64,000 bases of DNA, from the NCBI GenBank assembly GCA_963666515.2, contig OY762897.2, positions 1,504,001 through 1,568,000 on the forward strand. The letters run 5' to 3'. The notes beneath the pieces are model-generated. The model saw only the letters and a program-made list of their open reading frames with translations. It searched no databases and was not told the origin of the DNA. Below, piece by piece: positions 30,325-39,971 of the stretch. Source of the stretch: Candidatus Binatia bacterium. Its GTDB lineage: Bacteria > Desulfobacterota > Binatia > UBA9968 > JAJDTQ01. The first letter of the stretch is position 1. Every line of letters starts with the position of its first letter. Both the position numbers and the translations under genes were made by a program.

Positions 30325-31980
30325 ATGGCGAAGGTAATGCACTACGACGGCGTGGTGATCGGCGCGGGCCACAACGGCATGATCTGCGCCGGCTACCTGG
30401 GCAAGTCCGGGCAGAAGATACTCGTCGTCGAGAAGAACATGGAGGTGGGCGGCGGGCTCGACTCCCACGAGGACCGCAACTACCCCGGGTTCTGGCACAA
30501 CATCCACTCGGTGTTCCACCGCGGGCTGATGATGCTGCCTTGGTTCCAGGACCTGGAGATGGAGCGCATGGGCATCCACTACTACAAGCCCGACCCGGGC
30601 GTGGTGCAGCACTTCCTCGACCGCACCTACCTGGGCTGGTTCGCGGACGTGGAGCGCACCATCGCCACCATCGAGCAGTTCTCCCCGAAGGACGCGGCGA
30701 GCTTCAGGGACATCTGGGGCCGCTGGCAGCCGGTGGTGAAGAACGTCGTGTTCCCGGAGACCTACTGCCCGCCCATCCCCATCGACGAGAAACGGTCGCT
30801 CCTGGAAGGATTGCCGGAGGGACGGGAGTACCTGCGCTATTTCGATACCACGCCCGAGCAGTTCATCCTGGAGCACTTCGAGCACACCCGGGTGCGGGCG
30901 TTCATCGGCTTCCTGGCGGTGATGCGCGGCTATGAGCTGGACGCGCCCAACACCGGCTACCTGGTGCCGGCCATGATCGCCTGGGGGGTCAACCCGCAAC
31001 TCTGCCGCGGCACCTCCCACGCCTTGGGGGACAACCTTGCCCACATGCTGTCGCACAACGGCGTGGACTACATCGAGGCCGTAGGCGTCGAGCGCATCCT
31101 GGTGGAGGGCGGACGCGCCACCGGAGTGGTGCTGGAGGACGGCACCGTGGTGCACGCCAAGAGCTTCGTGGCCTCCAACGTGAACCCGGTTGAGACCTTC
31201 ATCAAGCTCGTGGGAGCGGAGAACCTGGACTCGGAGTTCAGCGCCAAGGCCGCGGCGTTCAAGTTCTCCAAGACCACCCCGATCTTCGCCACCAACCTGG
31301 CCCTCAACGAGCGGCCACGCTACATCACCGAGGACGCGCACCCGGAGGTGGCCGAGAGCTTCATGCACATCGTCGGGCTGGAGACCTACGAGGACCTGCG
31401 CAACCTGTTCGACGACTGCCGCACCGGCCAGCTTCCGCGCAAGCCCTTCATGAACGGCGCCACCCCCTCGTACCACGATCCGACCCAGGCGCCGCCGGGC
31501 AAGGCCACCGCGTTCATGTGGCAGCTCTCGCCCTACAACCTGTGGGGCAATCCGCTCAACTGGGACAAGGTGAGGGGCGAATGGTTCGAGCGCCAGCTCG
31601 GCGTGTGGCGCCAGTACGCGCCCAACCTCACCGAGGACAACATCCTTTCGCGCGACTCCACCACGCCGCTCGACATTGAGCGCCACGACCGCAACATGTA
31701 CGAGGGCGACTGGATGGTAGGCGAGTACACCGGCGACCAAGCGCTGGAGAACCGCCCCTTCCCCGGCTGGGGCCACTACCGGACGCCCGTCACCGGGCTC
31801 TACCTGTGCGGCAGTTCCTGCCATCCCGGCGGAAACATCACCGGCGCACCGGGATACAACGCCGCCCAGACCATCGCCCGGGACCTGGGCCTGAAGCTGT
31901 GGTGGGAACCCCTTGACCTGCGCCGGCAGCTCCGAGAGATGAACGACCGCGTAGCGGCCAGCGCAACTGCGGCCGGGTAG
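30325..31980 (+). CDS. Phytoene desaturase-like FAD-dependent oxidoreductase
   Basis: VVIGAGHNG, DPTQAPPGK, YRTPVTGLYLCGSSCHPGG, GYNAA. Confidence 0.9.
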   Translation: MAKVMHYDGVVIGAGHNGMICAGYLGKSGQKILVVEKNMEVGGGLDSHEDRNYPGFWHNIHSVFHRGLMMLPWFQDLEMERMGIHYYKPDPGVVQHFLDRTYLGWFADVERTIATIEQFSPKDAASFRDIWGRWQPVVKNVVFPETYCPPIPIDEKRSLLEGLPEGREYLRYFDTTPEQFILEHFEHTRVRAFIGFLAVMRGYELDAPNTGYLVPAMIAWGVNPQLCRGTSHALGDNLAHMLSHNGVDYIEAVGVERILVEGGRATGVVLEDGTVVHAKSFVASNVNPVETFIKLVGAENLDSEFSAKAAAFKFSKTTPIFATNLALNERPRYITEDAHPEVAESFMHIVGLETYEDLRNLFDDCRTGQLPRKPFMNGATPSYHDPTQAPPGKATAFMWQLSPYNLWGNPLNWDKVRGEWFERQLGVWRQYAPNLTEDNILSRDSTTPLDIERHDRNMYEGDWMVGEYTGDQALENRPFPGWGHYRTPVTGLYLCGSSCHPGGNITGAPGYNAAQTIARDLGLKLWWEPLDLRRQLREMNDRVAASATAAG

Positions 31981-31991
31981 AGTAGGAAAAC

Positions 31992-32163
31992 GGCGTCCTT
32001 CGACTTCGCTCGGCTGACCTCGCTACGCTCAGGACGAACGGAGGAAACATTTCTCCAACCGTTCGTCCTGAGCCCTTCGACAGGCTCAGGATAACGGAGG
32101 AACATTCCTCCAACCGTTCGTCCTGAGCGTAGCGAGGTCAGCCGAGCGAAGTCGAAGGACGCC
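31992..32163. repeat. 172-bp composite palindromic (REP/MITE-like) element
   Basis: Perfect 50-bp inverted repeat 31992-32041 / 32114-32163 with internal partial copies and CCTTCGACAGGCTCAGG core. Confidence 0.85.
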
Positions 32164-32180
32164 ATCATTGACGAGGTCAC

Positions 32181-32927
32181 ATGGGAAGGCTTGACGGAAA
32201 GGTCGCCATCGTAACCGGTGGCGCGCGCAACATCGGGGCGGTGTATGCGACGACGTTGGCGGCGGAAGGCGCGCGCGTGGTCGTCGCGGACGTGCTCGAC
32301 GGCTCGGCGTCCGCGCAGGCCATCCGCGACGCCGGCGGCGAAGCCGTGAGCGTGGCGGTGGACGTCTCGCGTGAGGACGACACCCTGCGCATGGCCAAGA
32401 CGGCCATGGACGCCTTCGGGCGCATCGACGTGCTGGTGAACAACGCCGCCATCTACGTCAGCATCCAGCGGCGGCCGTTCCACGAGATCTCCGCGGAGGA
32501 GTGGGACCGGGTCACCGCGGTGAACATCAAGGGGGTGTTCCTGTGCGCCAAGGCCGTGTTCCCGCACATGCGCGACCAGGGCGGCGGCCGCATCATCAAC
32601 ATCTCCTCCAACACGGTGATGGCCGGCACGCCCAACTTCCTGCACTACGTCGCGTCCAAATCCGCGCTCATCGGCATGACCCGCTCCATGTCACGGGAGC
32701 TGGGCGCCTACGGCATCAGCGTCAACGCCATCGCCCCAGGGCTGGTGGAGCACGAGGGCCAGACCGTGCCCCCGGAGCTGTCCGCCAGCCGCGTGAGCGC
32801 CCGCTCCATCCAGCGCCGGCAGACCCCCGAAGACCTCACCGGCGCCATGCTCTACCTCGCCGCCTCCGACAGCGACTTCGTTACCGGTCAGACCCTGGTG
32901 GTGGACGGCGGCGACATCCTGTACTGA
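32181..32927 (+). CDS. Short-chain dehydrogenase/reductase
   Basis: TGGARNIG, NNAA, YVASK, VDGG. Confidence 0.93.
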   Translation: MGRLDGKVAIVTGGARNIGAVYATTLAAEGARVVVADVLDGSASAQAIRDAGGEAVSVAVDVSREDDTLRMAKTAMDAFGRIDVLVNNAAIYVSIQRRPFHEISAEEWDRVTAVNIKGVFLCAKAVFPHMRDQGGGRIINISSNTVMAGTPNFLHYVASKSALIGMTRSMSRELGAYGISVNAIAPGLVEHEGQTVPPELSASRVSARSIQRRQTPEDLTGAMLYLAASDSDFVTGQTLVVDGGDILY

Positions 32928-33021
32928 TGCAACCCGCGTGCGGGCAAGGCCGCATGCCCTCGCTCCCGTAACAGCCGGCACCGCCGGCAGATGCCATCGC
33001 TGACGAACCCCACGCACGCCC

Positions 33022-34467
33022 ATGCCCAAGAGCCTGCGCACCTTTCTCGACGACCTGCGGCGCCAGCGCCCCGGGGAACTCGTGCACGTCACCCGGCCGG
33101 TGAACCCGGCGCGTCACGACGTTTCCGCCCTCATCGCCCAGTTGGCCGAGCGCAAGCAGTTCCCGGTGCTGCTGTTCGAGCGTCCGAAAAACCTTCACGG
33201 GAACACATCCGAAGTCAGGCTCGCCATGAACTGCGAAGTCTCCATGGGCAAGTTCCAGACCGCCCTGGGCGTGTCGCCGGAGACCACCCGGGCGGACCTG
33301 GCCCTGGAGTGCCTGCGCCGGGAGGCCAACCCCATCGCGCCGGTGGTGGTGGAACCTTCGGAGGCCCCGGTCAAGGAAGTGGTCCAACGCGGCGCGGAAG
33401 TCGACTTGTTCGAGCTGCCGGTGATGCGCCATCACGCCCTGGACGGCGGCCCCTACATCGACATGCCGAGCCTCGGGATCGACCGCCGCTCGGGCGTGTA
33501 CAACGTCTCCTACCACCGCATGGAGGTGAAGGACCGCAACCACACCGGCTTCTACCTGTCGCTGCAGCACCTGTGGCGCATCTTCCGGGACTACGAGGAC
33601 AACGGACAAGAGTGCCCGGTGGCTGCGGTGACCGGCCACCACCCGGCGTTCAACATCGGCGCCTGTTACCGCGGCCCGTTCGACGCCGACGAATTGGACA
33701 TCATCGGCGGTTACCTGCAGGAACCGCTCAGGCTGACCCCGTCCGAGACCTTCGGCGAGCGCCTGATGGTGCCGGCGGACGCAGAGGTCGTCATCGAAGG
33801 CGCGCTGATCCCGGGCAAACGCGTGGTCGAGGGACCGTTCGGCGAGGTGCACGGCTACGTCGGGCCCCAGGGCTACCGGCAGGCGGCCTTCCTGGAGGTG
33901 CGCGCCGTCACCCGCCGGCGCGACGCCATCCACCAGTCGGTGATCACCCCGGACGGCGACAAGCCTTGGATGGACCTGGCGCGCGAGGGCGCCTACCTGC
34001 GGCGCTGCCGCGAGGCCGTTCCGGGAGTGACCGCGGTGTGCAAGAACGGCCGCCACGCGCTGATGAACGTGTTCATCGCCATGAAAAAGATGTCGGAGGG
34101 AGACCCGGGCCGAGCCGCGGCCGCGGCGCTGAGCTTCGACCAGTGCAAGCACGTGTTCATCTTCGACGACGACATCGACGTCTACAACCCCACCGATATC
34201 CTCTGGGCCCTGGCCACCCGGGTGCAGCCGCACCGGCAGATATCGCTCATCCCCGACCTCATGCGCGGCCCCCTGATCGACCCCTCCATGGACGAGGGCA
34301 TCCGCACCTCCGCCATGATCATCGACGCCACCCGGCCGCTGGACCGCCCCTTCTCCCCCGTCTCCAAGTGCCCCGACGAAGCACTCGCACGCATCCGCAT
34401 AGAGGACTACCTCCCGCGCGACCTGCTGGACGCCATCCCCGTAGACCGCACCACCTACTGGGCCTGA
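33022..34467 (+). CDS. UbiD family decarboxylase (second paralog)
   Basis: SLRTFL, NVSYHR, EGPFGE, DDDIDVYNP, LWALATR, IIDATRP. Confidence 0.92.
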   Translation: MPKSLRTFLDDLRRQRPGELVHVTRPVNPARHDVSALIAQLAERKQFPVLLFERPKNLHGNTSEVRLAMNCEVSMGKFQTALGVSPETTRADLALECLRREANPIAPVVVEPSEAPVKEVVQRGAEVDLFELPVMRHHALDGGPYIDMPSLGIDRRSGVYNVSYHRMEVKDRNHTGFYLSLQHLWRIFRDYEDNGQECPVAAVTGHHPAFNIGACYRGPFDADELDIIGGYLQEPLRLTPSETFGERLMVPADAEVVIEGALIPGKRVVEGPFGEVHGYVGPQGYRQAAFLEVRAVTRRRDAIHQSVITPDGDKPWMDLAREGAYLRRCREAVPGVTAVCKNGRHALMNVFIAMKKMSEGDPGRAAAAALSFDQCKHVFIFDDDIDVYNPTDILWALATRVQPHRQISLIPDLMRGPLIDPSMDEGIRTSAMIIDATRPLDRPFSPVSKCPDEALARIRIEDYLPRDLLDAIPVDRTTYWA

Positions 34468-34513
34468 TGCTTTTAAGGAGGCTCTGATCGAAACTCTGAT
34501 TAATTCCCGCGTA

Positions 34514-34587
34514 CAGGATGGCGGGTCAGGCCCCCGGGGGATGTTGGGTCCGCCCTTCATCCCCCGGGGGCCTGACCCGCCATCCTG
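34514..34587. repeat. Perfect 30-bp inverted repeat (REP-like hairpin)
   Basis: CAGGATGGCGGGTCAGGCCCCCGGGGGATG, 14-nt loop, exact reverse complement at 34558-34587. Confidence 0.8.
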
Positions 34588-34667
34588 CCATCTCCCCCGG
34601 ACCGCTTTGCATCCGCGTCCTGAATCCGTTACACCCCACCCCAACGCCGATTTGTGAAAGGAACGCC

Positions 34668-35591
34668 ATGCGCATAGGACTCCCCGACTTCGTCTCCAAC
34701 TCCTACTTCCCCGCCATCGCCGCGGTGGAACTCGGCTTCTTCAAGGACGAGGGGCTGGACATGGAGCTGGAGCTGATCTTCCCGGTGCCTTCGACCTTCG
34801 AGGCCTTGCGGGACCACAAGCTCGACTTCGTGGCCGCCTCCTCTCACGCCACCCTCACCAAGTTCCCGGACTGGAAGGGCGCCAAGCTGCTGGCCGCGCT
34901 GGCCCGGCACATGTACTGGTTCCTGGTGCTGCGCGCGGACCTGGGGGTCGAGCGCGGCGACATCGAAGCCGTCAAGGGCCTGCGGATCGGCGCGGCGCCG
35001 GGGGTGGACCTGGGGCTCAAGCGCATGCTCAAGGCCGCGGGCCTCGACCCCGAGACGGACAACATACAGATCGGACCCGTGCCCGGCGCCACCGCGGCCG
35101 GCGTCTCCTTCGGCGTGACCGCGGCCAAGGCCCTCTCCGAGGGCGCCATCGACGGCTTCTGGGCCAACGGCATGGGCGCGGAGGTGGCGGTGCGGCACGG
35201 CGCCGGCACCGTCGTGCTGGACATCCGGCGCGGCGAGGGCCCCGCGGAGGCGCGCGGCTACACCTTCCCCGCCCTCATCACCTCGGACCGGGTCATCTCC
35301 GAGAATCCCGACGCGGCCGCGGCCGCGGTGCGGGCGCTGGTCAAGACCCAGAAGGCGCTGGTGGAGGACCCCCAGCGGGCGGCGGACGTGGGCAAGGCCC
35401 TGTATCCGGCCGAAGAGGCCGACCTCATCGCCACCCTCATCGAGCGGGACACCCCCTACTACGACCCCAGAATCCCGGAGCCGGTGGTGACGAGCATGAA
35501 CCGGTTCGCCCAGGACATCGGCCTGCTGGCCGCGCCCGTGGCCTACCAGGATGTGGTCGCCACGCAGTTCAGCCACTTGTGGGAGGGCTGA
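34668..35591 (+). CDS. NMT1/SsuA-like substrate-binding protein
   Basis: AVELGFFKDEGLD, VKGLRIG, VRALVK; ATG after AAGGA; no obvious signal peptide. Confidence 0.8.
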   Translation: MRIGLPDFVSNSYFPAIAAVELGFFKDEGLDMELELIFPVPSTFEALRDHKLDFVAASSHATLTKFPDWKGAKLLAALARHMYWFLVLRADLGVERGDIEAVKGLRIGAAPGVDLGLKRMLKAAGLDPETDNIQIGPVPGATAAGVSFGVTAAKALSEGAIDGFWANGMGAEVAVRHGAGTVVLDIRRGEGPAEARGYTFPALITSDRVISENPDAAAAAVRALVKTQKALVEDPQRAADVGKALYPAEEADLIATLIERDTPYYDPRIPEPVVTSMNRFAQDIGLLAAPVAYQDVVATQFSHLWEG

Positions 35592-35647
35592 GCCACCGGC
35601 GGCAACACGGGCGGGTCCGAAACCCGACCAACGAGAAAGGAAGCCCC

Positions 35648-36435
35648 ATGGACCTGTCACGCTTTTCCCTGGAAGGACGCACCACCATCATCACCGGCGG
35701 CAGCGGCGGCATCGGCCGCGCCTGCGCGCTGGCGTTCGCGCAAGCGGGTTCCAACGTGATGATCGCCTCGCTGCCGGCGGACTCCATCCCGCCGGTGGTG
35801 GCGGAAGTCGAAGCCCTGGGCGTCGGCGCCGCGGGTGTGGCCGCGGACGTGTCCGACGAAGATCAGGTCAGGAAGATGGTGGCCGCCACCCTGGACCGGT
35901 TCGGCCGCATCGACGCCCTCATCAACGTGGCCGGAGGCTCCTACAGCCGCAACCCGGAAATGCCGGCGTTCCAGCGCGGAACCCTGCTGGAGCTGTCGCC
36001 CGAGGACTTCATGGGGGTCTACGACGTCAACGCCAAGACGGCCTTCCTGTGCGCCAAGGCGTGGTGCCGCACATGAAGGAGCGGGGCAAGGGCGCCATCG
36101 TCAACATCGGCTCCATCTCCGGCCGCTCCACCAAGCACGAGCGGCCCAACATGGCCGCCTACGGCACGGCCAAGGCCGCGGTCATGAACCTCACCTTCCA
36201 CATGGCCAACCAGTGGGGGCCGGACGTGCGGGTGAACGCGGTGGCGCCGGGAATCATCGACACGCCGCGGCCGGGGGGCACGAGCCTGGCGCGCCTGGAA
36301 TCCGAAGGACTGGAGAACATCGCGCTGGGACGGCACGGCAAGCCCGACGAGGTGGCCGGCGTCGTGCTGTTCCTGGCCTCCGACGCGGCGTCGTTCGTCA
36401 ACGGCTCGGTGGTGGACGTCAACGGCGGCGAATAG
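35648..36435 (+). pseudogene. SDR oxidoreductase split by a 1-nt frameshift near 36060
   Basis: TGGSGGIG...FLCAKA in one frame, VVPHMK...YGTAK...VDVNGG in another. Confidence 0.8.
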
Positions 36436-38575
36436 CCGGGCGCCGCGTGGCATCCGGCAGGGTCGAGTTGGCGGGCGCCGGGGCGCGGGTCAGCGCGATG
36501 AAATCGGCGAGGACGTTGGCGGCCTCGTCCAGTATCGGGTCGTCCCTGGACAACGGGTCGGCGGCGATTCTCTCCTGCCTGTCGGCCTCCAACTCGGCGA
36601 AACTGGCAAAAGGCTTCTTGCCCTTGGCCACCCGCCGGACGTTCTCGCTTTCGAGCTGCCGGAGTTCGTCGCGCTCTTTCCTGGCCCTCCGCGTATCTTC
36701 GCTCAGCGACACGGTGGTCTCCCGCCGTTCCCTTTCCAGACGCGCGATGCGCGCCCGCAGGTGGGTGAAGTCCGGGTCCGCCTCCACCCGCCGGCGATGC
36801 CCGGCGGCCAAGGTCTCCAGGTAAGGCGCGGTATCGCCCGCGGGTGAATACCGGGCCTTGTCGATGGAGTCCCACGCCAGCGCGTTGTCCAGAGAGCTTT
36901 CGCCCACTTCCGTCTTGTCGATGGCGCCCGGAAACTCGATGTCGGGGACCACGCCGCGATGCTGGGTGCTCTCCCCGGAAACCCGGTAGAACTTGGCTTG
37001 GGTGAGCTTCAGGTGTCCCCGGCTAATCGGGATCAGGGTCTGCACCGTCCCCTTGCCGAAGGTCTGTCCGCCCAGCACGAGCCCTCTGCCGTAGTCCTGA
37101 ACGGCGCCGGCGAAGATCTCGGAGGCCGAGGCGCTCAGGCGGTTGACCAGCACCGCCAGCGGGCCGTCGTAGACGACGCCCGAGGCCCTGTCCGAGTGGA
37201 CCCGGATGACTCCCCGGCCGTCGCGGACCTGCACCACCGGTCCCCGGTCGATGAACAGGCCCACCAGCGCGATGGCTTCCTGCAGCGCCCCGCCGCCGTT
37301 GTCCCGCAGGTCGATGACCACTCCTGCGACGCCCGTCTCCTTCAACTCCGCGATCAACCGTTTCACGTCTCCGGACGTGCTCTTGAAATTGGGGTCGCCG
37401 GCGCGAAGCGCGGCGAAGTCTATGTAGAAAGTCGGCAACCGGATGACGCCGATCTTCTCCGTGCGCGAGCCGAGCTGGACCGGTATGGTCCGGCTGCTGG
37501 CCTGCTGCTCCGCGAGGTCCACCTTGTTGCGGACGATCCTGATGACCCTTCGTTCCCCCGTCGCGCTGACCCCGGGAATGATCTCGAGGCGCACGGTGGT
37601 CTCCTTGGGCCCGCGGATCAGGGACACCACCTCGTCGAGGCGCATGCCCAGGATGTCCACCATCTCGCCGTCCTCGCCCTGCCCGACGCCGACGATGCGA
37701 TCTCCCGCCTTGAGATCACCGGCCTTGTCGGCAGGTCCGCCCGCCACCAGCCGCACCACCTTGACGCTCTCGCCGTCGGCCTGCAGCACGGCGCCGATGC
37801 CCTCCAGGGACAAGCTCAAGTGTATGTTGAAGTTTTCGCTCTGATGCGGCGGATAATAGGCGGTATGGGGGTCGATGGCCCGAAGGAAAGCGTTGGTGTA
37901 GACGCGGAACACGTCGCTGTCGTTGGTTTGGGCCAGCCGCGTCAACTGGTTGCCGTACCGCTGCCGCAACGCCTTGCGGACGTCTTCCCGTCCGGTCTCG
38001 GCCAGCAGGCGATTCAATACGTCGCCCTTGAGTTGCCGGCGCCAACGCGCCCTGAGTTCGTCCGCGGAGCCCGCCCAGGCAGCGTTCTGCCGCGCTAGGC
38101 TCTCTTCCTTCTCGAAGTCGAGGCTATCGAAATCCTCGTCGAGGATACGGATCAGGAACCGGAGGCGTTCGGCCAGCCGCTGTCGATAGCGATTGAATAT
38201 CTTGAAGGCGGGACCCAGCTCCCCTGCCTTGAGCAGGTCGTCGAACCGGCTCCTGAGGGGTTCGAACTCCTCGACGTCCGCTGCCAGGAAATAGCTCCGG
38301 GAAGGATCCACCGCCCTCAGGTAGGAATCGAAAATCCTGCCGGAAACCCGGTCGTCCAGCGTGATGGGTTTGTAGTGTCCCTTGGTGAGCCTGTCCAGGA
38401 GCTCCACGCCGATGGCCGACTGTGCGCGGTCCGGAGAAAGGTCCGCGAGCGCCGGATCGGCCCCGCCTTGAGCCCACGCAAAGCTCGCCGGCAGCCAGAG
38501 AGCCACTGCCGCGACCGCGAAGCAACGTCTCAAGCGTGAACCCGCGCCGTCCGTTCCTGTTCTCTTTTCGCCCAA
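36419..38575 (-). CDS. prc: Carboxy-terminal processing protease (Prc/Tsp)
   Basis: DPHTAY, LEGIGA PDZ, IDLRDNGGG, SASASEIFAG, FGKGTVQ. Confidence 0.95.
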   Translation of the reverse strand: MGEKRTGTDGAGSRLRRCFAVAAVALWLPASFAWAQGGADPALADLSPDRAQSAIGVELLDRLTKGHYKPITLDDRVSGRIFDSYLRAVDPSRSYFLAADVEEFEPLRSRFDDLLKAGELGPAFKIFNRYRQRLAERLRFLIRILDEDFDSLDFEKEESLARQNAAWAGSADELRARWRRQLKGDVLNRLLAETGREDVRKALRQRYGNQLTRLAQTNDSDVFRVYTNAFLRAIDPHTAYYPPHQSENFNIHLSLSLEGIGAVLQADGESVKVVRLVAGGPADKAGDLKAGDRIVGVGQGEDGEMVDILGMRLDEVVSLIRGPKETTVRLEIIPGVSATGERRVIRIVRNKVDLAEQQASSRTIPVQLGSRTEKIGVIRLPTFYIDFAALRAGDPNFKSTSGDVKRLIAELKETGVAGVVIDLRDNGGGALQEAIALVGLFIDRGPVVQVRDGRGVIRVHSDRASGVVYDGPLAVLVNRLSASASEIFAGAVQDYGRGLVLGGQTFGKGTVQTLIPISRGHLKLTQAKFYRVSGESTQHRGVVPDIEFPGAIDKTEVGESSLDNALAWDSIDKARYSPAGDTAPYLETLAAGHRRRVEADPDFTHLRARIARLERERRETTVSLSEDTRRARKERDELRQLESENVRRVAKGKKPFASFAELEADRQERIAADPLSRDDPILDEAANVLADFIALTRAPAPANSTLPDATRRPAIRRR

Positions 38576-38784
38576 CTCGAAAAGACCCCGGCCTTTCCCT
38601 CGTTTGCGCCGTATTCCGGCTCACGCTACGGCTTGACATACTCGCCTACTAGAAGTTTAGCACAAATTGCAAGGTCACGGCGTGCCCGACAACGTGTTGC
38701 GTCCGGCGGCCACAGGCGTTAGCCTGAAAGGAGTCTCCCGGTCGCTCCAGGCGTCCGGCAGACGGCTTCGAAGGAGGATGCATC

Positions 38785-39939
38785 GTGAACCTGCCGCGCA
38801 ACCCCACGCGCCCGGTGCGCATCGGCACCACCGTCATCGGAGGCAACCATCCGATTGCGGTGCAGAGCATGTGCGCCACTCATACCCAGGACGTCGCGGC
38901 CACCGTTGCGCAGGTCAACGACTTGGCCCGGGCCGGGGCGGACGTGGTCCGCATCGCGGTGGACAGCAGGAAGGACGCCGCGGCGCTGGCGGAGATACGC
39001 GACGCCACCGAAGCGAACCTGTCGGTGGACCTCCAGGAGAACTACCGGCTCGCCGCCGCGGTGGCGCCCCACGTGGACAAGATCCGCTACAACCCCGGAC
39101 ACCTCTACCACCACGAGAAGCAGAAGCCCTGGCAGGACAAGGTCAAGTTCCTGGTGGAGGTGGCCGAGGCCAACGACTGCGCCATGCGCGTGGGGGTCAA
39201 CTGCGGCTCGGTGGACCCGGCGCAGCAGGAGAAGTTTCCCGAGGACGACTCCATCTCGCCGATGCTGGCGAGCGCCTGGGAGCACTGCGAGCTGCTGGAC
39301 GGCCTGGGCTACACGCGCTACTGCGTCTCGCTCAAGGACTCGGACCCGGCCAAGGTCATCGAGGTCAACAAGCGTTTCGCGGCCCAGCGCCCGGACGTGC
39401 CGCTCCATCTCGGCGTCACCGAGGCCGGGCTGCCGCCGGACGGCATCATCAAGACCCGCATCGCCTTCGAGCAACTCATCAGCCGGGGCATCGGCGACAC
39501 CATCCGGGTGTCCCTGACGGTCCCCAATCCGCGCAAGCCCGAGGAGATCACCGCCGGACGCGAGATCCTCGAAGACATCGCCGAGGGCCGGGTGCGCAGC
39601 GTCGTGGACTACGGCCGCGACACCCTCAACATCATCAGTTGTCCGAGCTGCTCGCGGGTGGAGAACGAGAACTTCGTGGAGCTGGCACAGCAGGTCAAGG
39701 AGATGACCGCCTACGCCGCGGAACACGCCATCACCATCGCGGTCATGGGCTGCCGCGTCAACGGACCCGGCGAGACCGACGACGCCGACCTGGGGTTGTG
39801 GTGCGGTCCCCGGTTCGTCAACCTCAAGCGCGGCAGCGAGCCGCTGGGAGCCTTCCCCTACGACGAGATCCTACCGCGTCTCAAGAAAGAGCTGGACGGC
39901 ATGATCGCCGGCCGGACTGACGCCGACGCCGCCGGCTGA
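38785..39939 (+). CDS. ispG: 4-hydroxy-3-methylbut-2-en-1-yl diphosphate synthase
   Basis: [48 protein letters not shown]. Confidence 0.96.
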   Translation: MNLPRNPTRPVRIGTTVIGGNHPIAVQSMCATHTQDVAATVAQVNDLARAGADVVRIAVDSRKDAAALAEIRDATEANLSVDLQENYRLAAAVAPHVDKIRYNPGHLYHHEKQKPWQDKVKFLVEVAEANDCAMRVGVNCGSVDPAQQEKFPEDDSISPMLASAWEHCELLDGLGYTRYCVSLKDSDPAKVIEVNKRFAAQRPDVPLHLGVTEAGLPPDGIIKTRIAFEQLISRGIGDTIRVSLTVPNPRKPEEITAGREILEDIAEGRVRSVVDYGRDTLNIISCPSCSRVENENFVELAQQVKEMTAYAAEHAITIAVMGCRVNGPGETDDADLGLWCGPRFVNLKRGSEPLGAFPYDEILPRLKKELDGMIAGRTDADAAG

Positions 39940-39971
39940 CGCTCTTCGGAGCGCGCGCTCCTCTTGTAGCC

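Noticed and set aside
28718-31980. Carotenoid biosynthesis
   Set aside because: No phytoene synthase or cyclase in the window; context is catabolic
31992-32163. CRISPR mini-array
   Set aside because: Repeats are mainly inverted, spacers are near-identical, and there are no cas genes
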